Source: Clostridia bacterium
GTDB lineage: Bacteria; Bacillota; Clostridia; CAKSNL01; HGM11501
NCBI GenBank assembly: GCA_045545475.1
Contig: JAZQAZ010000020.1
Span: 32,001-96,000 of the forward strand
Length of the DNA stretch: 64,000 nucleotides
Reading direction: 5' to 3'
This document shows positions 45,533-54,878 of the stretch, in pieces. The notes under the pieces were generated by a model. That model had not been told where the DNA came from. It ran no database searches and saw nothing but the letters and a program-made list of their open reading frames with translations. The translations under genes and the position numbers were made by a program. Positions within the stretch are counted from its first letter, which is position 1, and the number at the start of each line of letters is the position of its first letter.

Positions 45533-46174
45533 ATGACAGAATGGATAAGATATATACTTGAGATCGCAGGAACAATCGCCTTTGCGATTTCGGGGGCACT
45601 GGTTGCAATAGGTGCAGGACTTGATCTTTTCGGAGTAATATTCATAGGTGCCGTAACCGCAGTTGGCGGAGGAATAATGCGGGATATTCTGCTTGGAATA
45701 AATCCTCCTTCGGCACTTACTAATCTTACATGGATAGGTCTTGCGATATTTGTATCGCTGGCGGTTTTTGCTGCGGCATATATAATGAGAGAAAAATTTA
45801 ATTCCGTAAAGAGTAAGATAGAACATATTAATAACATCTTTGATGCATGTGGTCTGGCAGCATTCACGGTTACAGGAGCGGAGGTTGCGATTGCAGCAGG
45901 ACATTCGGATAACTTCTTTATCCCGGTGCTTCTGGGAATGATAACCGGTGTCGGTGGGGGAATATTCAGGGATATTCTGACAGATACCACGCCTTATGTG
46001 CTTAAAAAGCACGTTTATGCATTGGCTTCAATAGCAGGCGGACTTTTGTATTATTTCTTAAGCAGATCGGGACACGGGATCGCTGTGGCCGTTGCCATAG
46101 CAACAGTTGTAGCCATAAGGCTTCTTGCTACAAAATACCACTGGAGTCTTCCTAAATTACACATTGAAGAATGA
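45533..46174 (+). CDS. TRIC / UPF0126 (YadS-like) membrane protein
   Basis: GTIAFAISGA, TAVGGGIMRD, DACGLAAF, TGVGGGIFRD. Confidence 0.92.
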   Translation: MTEWIRYILEIAGTIAFAISGALVAIGAGLDLFGVIFIGAVTAVGGGIMRDILLGINPPSALTNLTWIGLAIFVSLAVFAAAYIMREKFNSVKSKIEHINNIFDACGLAAFTVTGAEVAIAAGHSDNFFIPVLLGMITGVGGGIFRDILTDTTPYVLKKHVYALASIAGGLLYYFLSRSGHGIAVAVAIATVVAIRLLATKYHWSLPKLHIEE

Positions 46175-46175
46175 A

Positions 46176-46202
46176 AAAAAGTCAGGCAAAGCCTGACTTT
46201 TT
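46176..46202. terminator. Bidirectional terminator
   Basis: AAAAAGTCAGGC-AAA-GCCTGACTTTTT. Confidence 0.85.
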
Positions 46203-46222
46203 ATTTTACTTAAAAGTATTAT

Positions 46223-47290
46223 TTATTTCATTATGTGCTTATTTTGTGTCTTAACCATACTGATTGTTCTCATGATAGATAAGATGTCTTCGTCGGTAAT
46301 GGGGAACTCGGCACCTTCTACATAAGAATCGTAAAGGTACTGCCAGAAGCTTGCCATAGTAGTTCCGCCTGCAACAGCTTCAAATTCTTCTTCAATCCAA
46401 TTAATGGTGAATCCCGATTCGTAAGTGCCGGTTTTTCCGAAAGCGGCACCGGGAGTTTCGGGGCTTGAGATTATTTCGGGAATTTCCTGTGCAGGATCGA
46501 TATAACGAAGTCTGATTTTTTCGTTATCGAAAAAGGCGGCACCTCTGTCACCGTAAACCTCGTAATATCTGCCGCGGTTAATTGCCATACCGCCGCTTAT
46601 GCACATATTTACAACTCTGTCATTGTCACCGATAAAACGGATGCGCAAATGGTCTTCACAATCACCGCCTGCGGCTACATGATGAAGATAACTCTGCATT
46701 TCAAAGGAGGACGTTCCTAAAAGTTTAAGGGACTGGTCGATAATGTGGGGGCCCCAGTTAAGGAGCTGTCCGCCACCAAATGAGGAAATTGTCTGCCAGT
46801 CATCTCTGTGCTGGAAGTCATTCTGCTCGGTGTTGATTTCATAAATTCTGCCAAGCTTACCTGAATTTACTATATCCATAATTTTCATGAATGCATCTTC
46901 AAAACGTCTTTGCTGATGAACGAAAAGCCTCGGAGTACCTTCCTTATTTGCATATTTATATAAGTCGAGAATTTCTTCATAGGAAATGGTTGCGGGCTTT
47001 TCGAGAAGGACATCCTTTCCTGCTTTAAGGGCCATAAGAGCGTGCTTGTGGTGGTCGCAGGAGCGGGTTGCAACATAAACCATATCTATGTCATCCTGCT
47101 TAAGCATTTCTTCATATTCAGAATATGTCTTACATCCAAAGGTGTTTGCCATTCTGTTACGGCGTTCTTCAATAAGGTCGCAGGCTGCAACAATTTTATA
47201 CTTATCGGAATAATATTTGCTGATTTCTCCGTTTGCCATGGGCCAGCCGATTCGACCTATACCAACGATAGCTATGTTAATTACTTTCAT
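46223..47290 (-). CDS. Gfo/Idh/MocA-family oxidoreductase
   Basis: IVGIGRIG Rossmann motif, LLEKP, GGGQLLNWGPHIIDQ. Confidence 0.92.
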   Translation of the reverse strand: MKVINIAIVGIGRIGWPMANGEISKYYSDKYKIVAACDLIEERRNRMANTFGCKTYSEYEEMLKQDDIDMVYVATRSCDHHKHALMALKAGKDVLLEKPATISYEEILDLYKYANKEGTPRLFVHQQRRFEDAFMKIMDIVNSGKLGRIYEINTEQNDFQHRDDWQTISSFGGGQLLNWGPHIIDQSLKLLGTSSFEMQSYLHHVAAGGDCEDHLRIRFIGDNDRVVNMCISGGMAINRGRYYEVYGDRGAAFFDNEKIRLRYIDPAQEIPEIISSPETPGAAFGKTGTYESGFTINWIEEEFEAVAGGTTMASFWQYLYDSYVEGAEFPITDEDILSIMRTISMVKTQNKHIMK

Positions 47291-47306
47291 AAAAATGCTC
47301 CTTTTC

Positions 47307-48095
47307 TTATTTCATTTCGGGGAATTTATTTATTACGTTGTCAAAGCTTCTTTTAAGGCAGTCGAACGGGTCTTCGTCATAAGTGAAGTCCTGCTCAACG
47401 AGAGCATATTCACATCCTGCATTATAAAGGGCTTTTATGTAGGAATCATAATCAAGTATTCCCTCGTATATTGGACGAAGATATACTGGAACATTGTTGC
47501 AGCTTCCGTCCTCGGGAAGAGGCTTGTAGTCCTTTAAGTGAATTATTGGAAGACGTCCTTTAAGGTTATTTATAAGCTTTACAACGTCGCTTTGGGCGTG
47601 GGCTGCCCAGCCTAAATCTAGGGTGAAGCCCAGTGCATCTTCGGGGAAATCTTCTGCGATACGCTCTATTACGTCAAATCCATCGAGCTTATCAAATTCA
47701 AACCAATGGTTGTGATACATAAGTTTTGCCCCCATATCACGCATTTTAAGGGCGGCGGGAAGAAAGATTTTCTTGAATTCTTTGTATCCCTCAAGGCTTC
47801 CTCTCATTTCATTGGGCATACCGCCGATACCGATGTGATTGCAACCGAAAATTCTGTGATCTGATACAACCTTTTCCGTTTCCTCTGAAATTCTCTTTGG
47901 ATCAATGTGGGTAAGAACGCATTTTAAATCATTTTTCGCAAGTTTGTCACTGAGCCACTCGGGTTCGTAAGCACAGGTACCTGAAACCTGAACCACCTTA
48001 TAACCCATTCCGGCGACTTTTTCAAGGCAGTTTTCAAAGCCCTGAAGTGTGGTGGTCTGGCGAAACAATGTGTAAAGCTGTGCACCTATCTGCAT
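47307..48095 (-). CDS. Sugar phosphate isomerase/epimerase (AP endonuclease 2-type TIM barrel)
   Basis: IGAQLYT, YHNHWFEF, LDLGW, IHLKD, VEQD. Confidence 0.92.
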   Translation of the reverse strand: MQIGAQLYTLFRQTTTLQGFENCLEKVAGMGYKVVQVSGTCAYEPEWLSDKLAKNDLKCVLTHIDPKRISEETEKVVSDHRIFGCNHIGIGGMPNEMRGSLEGYKEFKKIFLPAALKMRDMGAKLMYHNHWFEFDKLDGFDVIERIAEDFPEDALGFTLDLGWAAHAQSDVVKLINNLKGRLPIIHLKDYKPLPEDGSCNNVPVYLRPIYEGILDYDSYIKALYNAGCEYALVEQDFTYDEDPFDCLKRSFDNVINKFPEMK

Positions 48096-48181
48096 AATAT
48101 TACCTCCTTAAATAGCTAATACAAGCGTATATTACACCATTGATTTTTTTAAGTCAATAGTAAATTGTTTCCTTTTTTATA

Positions 48182-48210
48182 TTGCAAATTGTGCCATTTT
48201 GTGGTATAAT
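48182..48210 (+). promoter_or_regulatory. Sigma-A promoter upstream of AraC-polA
   Basis: TTGCAA-17 bp-TATAAT with extended -10 TG. Confidence 0.7.
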
Positions 48211-48268
48211 ATTAGAAAATATATTATGGTCTTTTAAAACTTCGGAAAACAAATTAAGAGGAGAAAAA

Positions 48269-49126
48269 ATGCTTGTTAAAAGATTCGGTCATTGTTATAT
48301 AGAAGATATCTCTTTCGGACACAAGGTGGCAGAACCGCCACTAAAAAAAGACGGTCTGCATACTCACGAAATGTGCGAAATATACTGTGCTTTCAAAGGT
48401 AGCGGAAGGTATATAATCGAAGGCTCGGAGCATAAGATTGAAAAAGGAAAACTGATTTTAATGCGCCCGGGTGAATTTCACAGAGCACATCTGGATGAGG
48501 AAATGTATGAAAGCCTGGTGATAAATTTTCCTCCGGTGTTAGTTGATTCATTTGACCCCGAAAGGAAGCTTTTGAGACCGTTTTTTGATAGGCCGCTCGG
48601 AAAGAATAACGTATATTTAAGACAAAATGTGGCAAACACTGTTATATACGAACTTTTTAATAGAATGGATGAGTGCAGTGGCGATAATTACGATAACGGC
48701 ATAAAGGTTAAGGCACTCCTGTTTTCGGTTCTTATGGAACTTAATTCACTTTTTGATGCAAAGCTGTACGAAGAGGTTAAAGTTAAAAACAAGCAGGCAT
48801 CGGAAATTTCAGAATATATAAATTCTCATCTTACCGAGGCTTTGTCCATAGAAAAATTGTGCACTAAATTTTTTATAAGCAGGACACAGCTTAACAGAAA
48901 ATTCAAAGAGGCAACGGGAACTTCGGTATGGGAATATGTTACGGCTAAAAGACTTATGATGGCAAGAAGTATGATACTTGGCGGAACGGGAAGCGTCGAG
49001 GCGGCAGCAAGCTCCGGATTCGGAGATTATTCCGCTTTTTACAGAGCATACACTAAAAAGTATGGCGTAAAGCCTTCGGATAAAACTGATACGATAAAAT
49101 ACAACCTGAAAGAGGAAATGTTATGA
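48269..49126 (+). CDS. AraC-family transcriptional regulator
   Basis: Cupin LHTHEMCEI...PGEFH; HTH FKEATG...GFGDYSAFYRAY. Confidence 0.92.
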   Translation: MLVKRFGHCYIEDISFGHKVAEPPLKKDGLHTHEMCEIYCAFKGSGRYIIEGSEHKIEKGKLILMRPGEFHRAHLDEEMYESLVINFPPVLVDSFDPERKLLRPFFDRPLGKNNVYLRQNVANTVIYELFNRMDECSGDNYDNGIKVKALLFSVLMELNSLFDAKLYEEVKVKNKQASEISEYINSHLTEALSIEKLCTKFFISRTQLNRKFKEATGTSVWEYVTAKRLMMARSMILGGTGSVEAAASSGFGDYSAFYRAYTKKYGVKPSDKTDTIKYNLKEEML

Positions 49127-51720
49127 AAAAATTCCTTATTATTGACGGAAACAGCATAATGAACCGTGCCTTTTACGGCATAAAGCTTCTCACGAATTCT
49201 GAGGGGCTTTACACCAATGCGGTTTACGGTTTTTTAAATATTCTGTTTAAGAATATTGATGCGATAAATCCAGACTATATAGCAGTTGCCTTTGATCTTA
49301 AGGCTCCCACTTTCCGCCATAAGCGTTATGCGGAATACAAGGCTCAGAGAAAGGGGATGCCGGAAGAACTTTTTATGCAGATGCCAATTATCAAAGAGGT
49401 TCTTTCTGCGATGAACATAGTAATCCTTGAAAAGGAAGGCTATGAGGCAGACGATATAATCGGAACAATGGCAAAAAGATGCGAAGATTCCGGTATTGAA
49501 TGTGACATTGTAACAGGGGATAAGGACGATTTGCAGCTGGCAAGCAGCACAACAAAGGTATACTTAACCGTAACATCCAAGGGGCAAACTTCAACGGACA
49601 TTTATGATGAGAACGCAGTTTATGCAAAATACGGCGTTACTCCTAAAGAATTTATTGATGTCAAAGGTCTTATGGGAGATACTTCTGACAACATCCCGGG
49701 AGTTGCAGGAATTGGTGAAAAAACGGCATTTGCTCTTATAGGCGAATATAAGAGTATTGATGCGGTTTATGAAAATATTGAGACTGCAAAGCTTGGTCCC
49801 TCCGCAAAGCAAAAACTTGTTGCGGGTAAGGATATGGCTTATTTGAGTAAGGAACTTGCAACAATTGATATAAATAGCCCTATTGCAGAAACTGTTGATG
49901 AGTGTGCGGTTTCAAAATACAACAACGAAGCTCTTTTGAGCCTGTTTACACGTTTGGAATTTAAGAGCTTTATAGAGCGTTGTAAGGTGGAAACTGTATC
50001 TGAGAAAAATCTCATTTCTGCAAAAGAAATTACGGATGAATCGGAACTTAAGGGTATTTTATCAGGTATTGATGAATTTTGCTATTATCTTTTTAAAAGA
50101 GATGGGTTGCCTTGTGCAATTGCCTTTTTAAAGGGTGATGAGGTATATTATAGCGAATTTTCTGTTTCTGCATATAAGGATGTTTTTGAAAATGAAAACA
50201 TTCCTAAAATTTCTCACGGCATAAAAGAGGATATTGTAATTTTGAATAAGCTTAATGTGGAATATAAAACTTATGCTTTCGATGCCGAAATAGGTGCATA
50301 TATTTTAGATCCTACGGCATCGGATTATAAGCTTTCACGCCTTTCCATGGCATATCTTTCCCGTCTTACAGAGGATTTTGAAGACAAGAAATCTGTTTTA
50401 ATTAACGACAATGAAAGAAAGCTTGAGCTATCTGCAGATGCTGTTATGGCAGTAAGAGATTTGAGAAAGACTCTTTTGGAAAAAATAAAGGAAAACGGGC
50501 AGGAATTTTTACTTTACGAGGTGGAACTTCCTTTAATCAGCGTGCTTGCTGATATGGAAATAACAGGCTTCACAGTTGATGCAAAAATGCTTGAGGCTTA
50601 TGGAAAAGAGCTTGAACTTCGTATAAAATCCCTGGAGGACAGCATTTACTTTATGGCAGGAGAGGAGTTTAACATAAACTCTCCCAAGCAGCTTGGAACA
50701 GTTCTGTTTGAACATTTAAGCCTTCCTGTTATAAAGAAGACTAAAACCGGTTATTCCACCGATGCAGAAGTTTTGTCGGAGCTTTCGGGAAAATATCCGA
50801 TCGTCGAATCGATTCTCGAATACCGCCAGATGGCAAAGCTTAAAGGAACGTATGTTGACGGAATGCTTCCATTAATCGGTGAGGACGGAAAGATTCATTC
50901 GACCTTCAATCAGACCGTAACCGCAACGGGAAGAATAAGCTCTGCAGAGCCGAATTTACAGAATATACCCGTAAGAATGGAAGAGGGAAGACGTCTTCGT
51001 AAAATGTTTACCGCAGACAGCGAAAATGAGATTTTAATTGATGCGGACTATTCACAGATTGAGCTTCGTGTGCTTTCACATCTTTCAGGGGACGCTGCGA
51101 TGCAAAAGGCCTTCCTTGACGGAACTGACATTCACAAAAGATGTGCATCGGAAATTTTTGGTGTTCCCGAAGATGAGGTTACCGAGTCCATGCGTCGTCG
51201 TGCAAAGGCGGTAAACTTTGGCATAGTTTACGGAATAAGTGAATTCGGTCTCGCAAAGGATATTCACGTTACCCGTGCGGAGGCAAAGCGATACATGGAG
51301 GCGTATTTTGCAACCTATCCTAAAATAAAAGCCTTCATGGATAACACAGTGGCAGAGGCAAAGGTGGACGGAATAGTTAAAACCATGTTCGGTCGCCGTC
51401 GCTATATTCCCGAAATTTTATCAGGAAACTTCAACACCCGCTCTTTCGGTGAACGTGCGGCAATGAATACTCCGGTTCAGGGTACTGCGGCAGATATAAT
51501 AAAAATAGCCATGGTAAGGGTAAGCAAGGCCCTTTCTGAGGAAACGGAAAGATGCCGCCTTATATTGCAGGTACATGACGAATTAATCGTTTCAGCACCC
51601 GTTAATGAGGCGGATAAAGCTGAAGAAATTTTAGTAAGGGAAATGGAAAACGCTGCAAAAATTGCAGTTCCGCTCCTTGCGGATGCGGGCCGCGGCTTTT
51701 CCTGGTATGATGCAAAATGA
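49123..51720 (+). CDS. polA: DNA polymerase I
   Basis: IIDGNS..RAFY, GYEADD, GDTSDNIPGV, TGRISSAEPNLQNIP, DYSQIELR, AKAVNFGIVYG, QVHDEL. Confidence 0.98.
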   Translation: MKKFLIIDGNSIMNRAFYGIKLLTNSEGLYTNAVYGFLNILFKNIDAINPDYIAVAFDLKAPTFRHKRYAEYKAQRKGMPEELFMQMPIIKEVLSAMNIVILEKEGYEADDIIGTMAKRCEDSGIECDIVTGDKDDLQLASSTTKVYLTVTSKGQTSTDIYDENAVYAKYGVTPKEFIDVKGLMGDTSDNIPGVAGIGEKTAFALIGEYKSIDAVYENIETAKLGPSAKQKLVAGKDMAYLSKELATIDINSPIAETVDECAVSKYNNEALLSLFTRLEFKSFIERCKVETVSEKNLISAKEITDESELKGILSGIDEFCYYLFKRDGLPCAIAFLKGDEVYYSEFSVSAYKDVFENENIPKISHGIKEDIVILNKLNVEYKTYAFDAEIGAYILDPTASDYKLSRLSMAYLSRLTEDFEDKKSVLINDNERKLELSADAVMAVRDLRKTLLEKIKENGQEFLLYEVELPLISVLADMEITGFTVDAKMLEAYGKELELRIKSLEDSIYFMAGEEFNINSPKQLGTVLFEHLSLPVIKKTKTGYSTDAEVLSELSGKYPIVESILEYRQMAKLKGTYVDGMLPLIGEDGKIHSTFNQTVTATGRISSAEPNLQNIPVRMEEGRRLRKMFTADSENEILIDADYSQIELRVLSHLSGDAAMQKAFLDGTDIHKRCASEIFGVPEDEVTESMRRRAKAVNFGIVYGISEFGLAKDIHVTRAEAKRYMEAYFATYPKIKAFMDNTVAEAKVDGIVKTMFGRRRYIPEILSGNFNTRSFGERAAMNTPVQGTAADIIKIAMVRVSKALSEETERCRLILQVHDELIVSAPVNEADKAEEILVREMENAAKIAVPLLADAGRGFSWYDAK

Positions 51721-52310
51721 GATATGTACTTGGATTAACCGGCGGAACAGGTGCGGGAAAAAGCTTGATAAGTGCAATACTTCAAAAAAAAGGTGCAAAG
51801 ATAATTGATGCTGATAAATTAAGCCGTGAAATAACAAAAAAGGGCGGAATAGCTTTGCCTGAAATAGAAAAAGCTTTTCCCGGTGTTGTCGAAAACGGAA
51901 TACTTGACAGAAAAGCTCTTGGGAGAATAGTTTTTTCTGATAAGGAAAAGCTTTTAATATTAAATGAAATTACGCATAAATATATTATTAAGCTTACGAA
52001 AGAAGCTATAGAAACATCAGATGGTCTTATAGTTCTCGATGCACCGCTCCTTTTTGAAGCAGGCGAGGATAAGCTTTGCGACAAGGTTATTTTCGTGGAG
52101 GCTGACGAGGCTCAGAGGCTTGAAAGAATAGTGAAAAGGGATAATTTAAGTTATGAAGATGCAATGGCAAGAATAAAAGCACGAGATCTTGACATTGTAA
52201 AGGCAAAGTGTGACTTTGTCATAGTGAATGACGGTGATGCAGATAGACTTGAAAAGGAAACAATGGAGAAAGTATTTAAATGTGTCGGAAAGGATATTTT
52301 TAATAAATGA
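51717..52310 (+). CDS. coaE: Dephospho-CoA kinase
   Basis: GLTGGTGAGKS, IIDAD, LDRKALG, DAPLLFE; follows polA. Confidence 0.95.
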   Translation: MRYVLGLTGGTGAGKSLISAILQKKGAKIIDADKLSREITKKGGIALPEIEKAFPGVVENGILDRKALGRIVFSDKEKLLILNEITHKYIIKLTKEAIETSDGLIVLDAPLLFEAGEDKLCDKVIFVEADEAQRLERIVKRDNLSYEDAMARIKARDLDIVKAKCDFVIVNDGDADRLEKETMEKVFKCVGKDIFNK

Positions 52311-52840
52311 AGAAAATTTTAAGGCTTTTTATCCTTATTCTTATTGTGGCCGTGGCGTTTTCGTTCCTGCTTGGTAAAATCGAGGTTAAGTATAAGGATG
52401 AAATTGATATAATTGCGAAAGAATATTCTCTTGACAGATTTTTGGTTTATGCCCTTATAATGGCTGAAAGCGGTTTTGAGCCTGAGGCTGAATCTGTAAA
52501 AGGAGCATCCGGGCTTATGCAGCTTACACCGGATACTGCTCTTTGGTGTGCCGGAAAAGTGGGAGATGAAAATCTCGCAGCTGAAATAACGCTCCCGGAA
52601 GTCAACATACGTCTGGGATGCTTTTACCTTCGCTATCTTCTGGATAGATATGGAGGGGAGGAAACAAGTGCACTTGCAGCATATAATGCGGGAAGTTCCA
52701 ATGTTGATGAATGGCTTGCAGACGGCACTTATTCTCCCGACGGAAAAAGCCTTACGGGAGCACCGTTCCCCGAAACAGATAATTATATTAAGAAAATAGC
52801 TTTTTATAAAAAGCTTTATACGCTTTTGTACGGAGAATAA
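52307..52840 (+). CDS. Lytic transglycosylase (SLT domain)
   Basis: IMAESGF, GASGLMQL, ALAAYNAG, FPET..Y. Confidence 0.93.
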   Translation: MKKILRLFILILIVAVAFSFLLGKIEVKYKDEIDIIAKEYSLDRFLVYALIMAESGFEPEAESVKGASGLMQLTPDTALWCAGKVGDENLAAEITLPEVNIRLGCFYLRYLLDRYGGEETSALAAYNAGSSNVDEWLADGTYSPDGKSLTGAPFPETDNYIKKIAFYKKLYTLLYGE

Positions 52841-52842
52841 AT

Positions 52843-53670
52843 ATGGCAAATATAATTGAAATTACTGATATAAATAATCCTTGCCTGGATGTCTACTGTC
52901 GTTTAACTGAAGCACAGCTTAAAAACAAACTTGACAGAGAAAAAGGACTTTTCATAGCAGAAAGTCCAAATGTTATAAAGTACGCTCTTGAGCGTGGATA
53001 TGAGCCGGTTTCACTTCTTATGGAAAGAAAGCGAATTGAGGGAAGCGGAAAAGAAATAGTGGAAAAAGCAGGAGGAATTCCCATATACACGGCAGACGGT
53101 GAAATACTTGAAAGTCTTACAGGTTACCCTCTTACACGGGGAATTTTATGTGCCATGAAGCGTCCGGCCTTGAAGAAGCCTGAAGAAATACTGAAGGGAG
53201 CAAGGCGTGTTGCGGTATTGGAAGACATTGTTGACACAACGAATGTCGGGGCAATTTTTAGAAGTGCGGCGGCACTTGGAATTGATGCGGTGCTTTTAAC
53301 GCCTTCATGCTCTGATCCCTTAAACAGAAGAACGGTGAGAGTCAGTATGGGTACAGTTTTTCAGGTGCCATGGACATACATTGGGGAGGATGCTTCCTCC
53401 TGGCCGCAAAAAGGACTTTCATTCCTTCACGAAAGAGGATTTGCAAGCTGTGCTATGGCTCTTTGGAATAACTCTGTTTCAATTGACGATGAAGGGTTAA
53501 AGAAAGAGGACAAGCTTGCAATAATCTTAGGAACGGAAGGCACCGGACTTAAAACCGAGACAATTGAATTGAGTACATATACTGTAAAAATCCCAATGCA
53601 GCACGGCGTTGATTCGCTTAATGTGGCATCGGCATCTGCGGTTGCCTTCTGGGAACTTAGGAAAAGATAA
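52843..53670 (+). CDS. TrmH/SpoU-family RNA methyltransferase
   Basis: NVGAIFRSAAALG, RVSMG, ILGTEGTGL, IPMQHGVDSLNVA. Confidence 0.93.
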   Translation: MANIIEITDINNPCLDVYCRLTEAQLKNKLDREKGLFIAESPNVIKYALERGYEPVSLLMERKRIEGSGKEIVEKAGGIPIYTADGEILESLTGYPLTRGILCAMKRPALKKPEEILKGARRVAVLEDIVDTTNVGAIFRSAAALGIDAVLLTPSCSDPLNRRTVRVSMGTVFQVPWTYIGEDASSWPQKGLSFLHERGFASCAMALWNNSVSIDDEGLKKEDKLAIILGTEGTGLKTETIELSTYTVKIPMQHGVDSLNVASASAVAFWELRKR

Positions 53671-53701
53671 AAGCTTTGGTGCAATGCACCAAAGCTTTTT
53701 T
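53670..53701 (+). terminator. Terminator of the polA operon
   Basis: AAAAGCTTTGGTGC-AAT-GCACCAAAGCTTTTTT. Confidence 0.85.
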
Positions 53702-53703
53702 AT

Positions 53704-53760
53704 CGGGACATTCGTGAATGTCTCCTACATTATTAAGCAGGGGAGATTTGTAATCGCCTG
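53704..53760. repeat. Pair of oppositely oriented GTAG-type REP-like palindromes
   Basis: Minus strand GTAGGAGACATTC-AC-GAATGTCCCG (53704-53728); degenerate plus strand GCAGGGGAGATT-TGT-AATCGCCTG (53737-53760). Confidence 0.65.
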
Positions 53761-53764
53761 AATT

Positions 53765-53868
53765 TGACATTCTGACGACGGAGTTTATTAAAAACTCCTA
53801 TGGAAGAATCTTAAAAACGAAAACAGCGTGCAGAGATTCTTCGCTCATTTCATTCGCTCAGAATGACA
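53765..53868. repeat. Inverted pair of TGTC/CGTC-type palindromic repeats
   Basis: TGACATTCTGAC...GAAGAATCT (53765-53811) facing AGATTCTTCG...CTCAGAATGACA (53834-53868). Confidence 0.8.
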
Positions 53869-53929
53869 GAGAGGAGAAGGTGCTCAGAATGACTGAGAGG
53901 ATAAGGTGTTCAAAATGACAGAGAGGAGA
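53856..53929. repeat. 26-bp tandem repeat, about 2.8 copies
   Basis: GCTCAGAATGACAGAGAGGAGAAGGT / GCTCAGAATGACTGAGAGGATAAGGT / GTTCAAAATGACAGAGAGGAGA. Confidence 0.88.
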
Positions 53930-54739
53930 TTATATAAACTTTCTTATAACCTCGGCAACAAAGCCTTCGTTGTTTGTAAGGGGAGAAATATATTTTGCAG
54001 TCTTTTTCGCACCCTCGGTTGCATTTTTCGGGACTGCGGAAAATGCAGCAAAGTTAAGCATTGGATTGTCGTTTTCCGAGTCGCCCATAGCAACGGTTTT
54101 TGATAAATCGAGACCAAAATGCTCGCATACCCATTTTATTCCCTTGTCCTTTCCGTTTGCTTTTAAGGATAAATCGTAATATCCCAGTGTGGAGTGAATG
54201 GTGAAAAACTTTGAAAGCTTCATAAATTCATCCTTGCCGTCTTTTTCGGGGAAGGCAATCATCTTGGATAAGCGGATGTTGTTTTCTCTTATATAATCCT
54301 CTCCCGTGATTATGGCATCGTCCTTTGAAAAAGCAAGAAGTCTGTCCTTCTGGGTTTTCATTTCGCTTATGGGTACGTGGGTGTTGTTTTCCGGCACATT
54401 AAGTTCGTACTTCTGAAATTCCGTATCGAAATAAAAATGCCAGCCGCACTTTTTGCATATATTATAAATTTCAATGGTTTCATCTACTGTGGTGTAATTT
54501 TCAAAAATCACATTTCTTCCGTGAAAAATTGTGGCACCGAGACTTGTTATAACTCCGTCAACCCCGGTATCAAAGGAAATCTGGTCGGGAAGGCGGCTTA
54601 CCGAGCGGCCCGTGTTTATAAAAACCATATGCCCCCTGGCACGGGCTTCTTTTATTGCTTTTAAGTTTTCCTCAGGAACCTGCTTTTCATCATTTGCCAA
54701 TGTCCCGTCAATATCTATAAAAAATGTAAATCTATCCAT
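53930..54739 (-). CDS. Cof-type HAD-IIB hydrolase
   Basis: DIDGTL, NTGRS, K..GI, MGDSEND.PML. Confidence 0.93.
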   Translation of the reverse strand: MDRFTFFIDIDGTLANDEKQVPEENLKAIKEARARGHMVFINTGRSVSRLPDQISFDTGVDGVITSLGATIFHGRNVIFENYTTVDETIEIYNICKKCGWHFYFDTEFQKYELNVPENNTHVPISEMKTQKDRLLAFSKDDAIITGEDYIRENNIRLSKMIAFPEKDGKDEFMKLSKFFTIHSTLGYYDLSLKANGKDKGIKWVCEHFGLDLSKTVAMGDSENDNPMLNFAAFSAVPKNATEGAKKTAKYISPLTNNEGFVAEVIRKFI

Positions 54740-54792
54740 ACAAACACCTCTTAAGCAGTATAGCATAAAGAAATAGAAATTGCAAATGAAAT

Positions 54793-54817
54793 GTAGTGGA
54801 GGGGCTTGCTCCTCCCG
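54793..54817 (+). repeat. GTAG-type REP-like palindrome
   Basis: GTAGTGGAGGGGC-TT-GCTCCTCCCG, 22 of 25 nt identical to 42091-42115. Confidence 0.8.
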
Positions 54818-54842
54818 TTTATCTTAAAGGAGAAGTGAATAA

Positions 54843-54873
54843 AAAGGTTCCGATTGAAATAATCGGAACCTTT
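54843..54873 (-). terminator. Intrinsic terminator
   Basis: AAAGGTTCCGATT-GAAAT-AATCGGAACCTTT. Confidence 0.8.
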
Positions 54874-54878
54874 AATAC

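Noticed and set aside
49123-51720. PolA with a degenerate 3'-5' exonuclease region
   Set aside because: Normal for Firmicutes PolA.
53856-53929. Mini-CRISPR interpretation of the 26-bp repeats
   Set aside because: The units are head-to-tail with no unique spacers.
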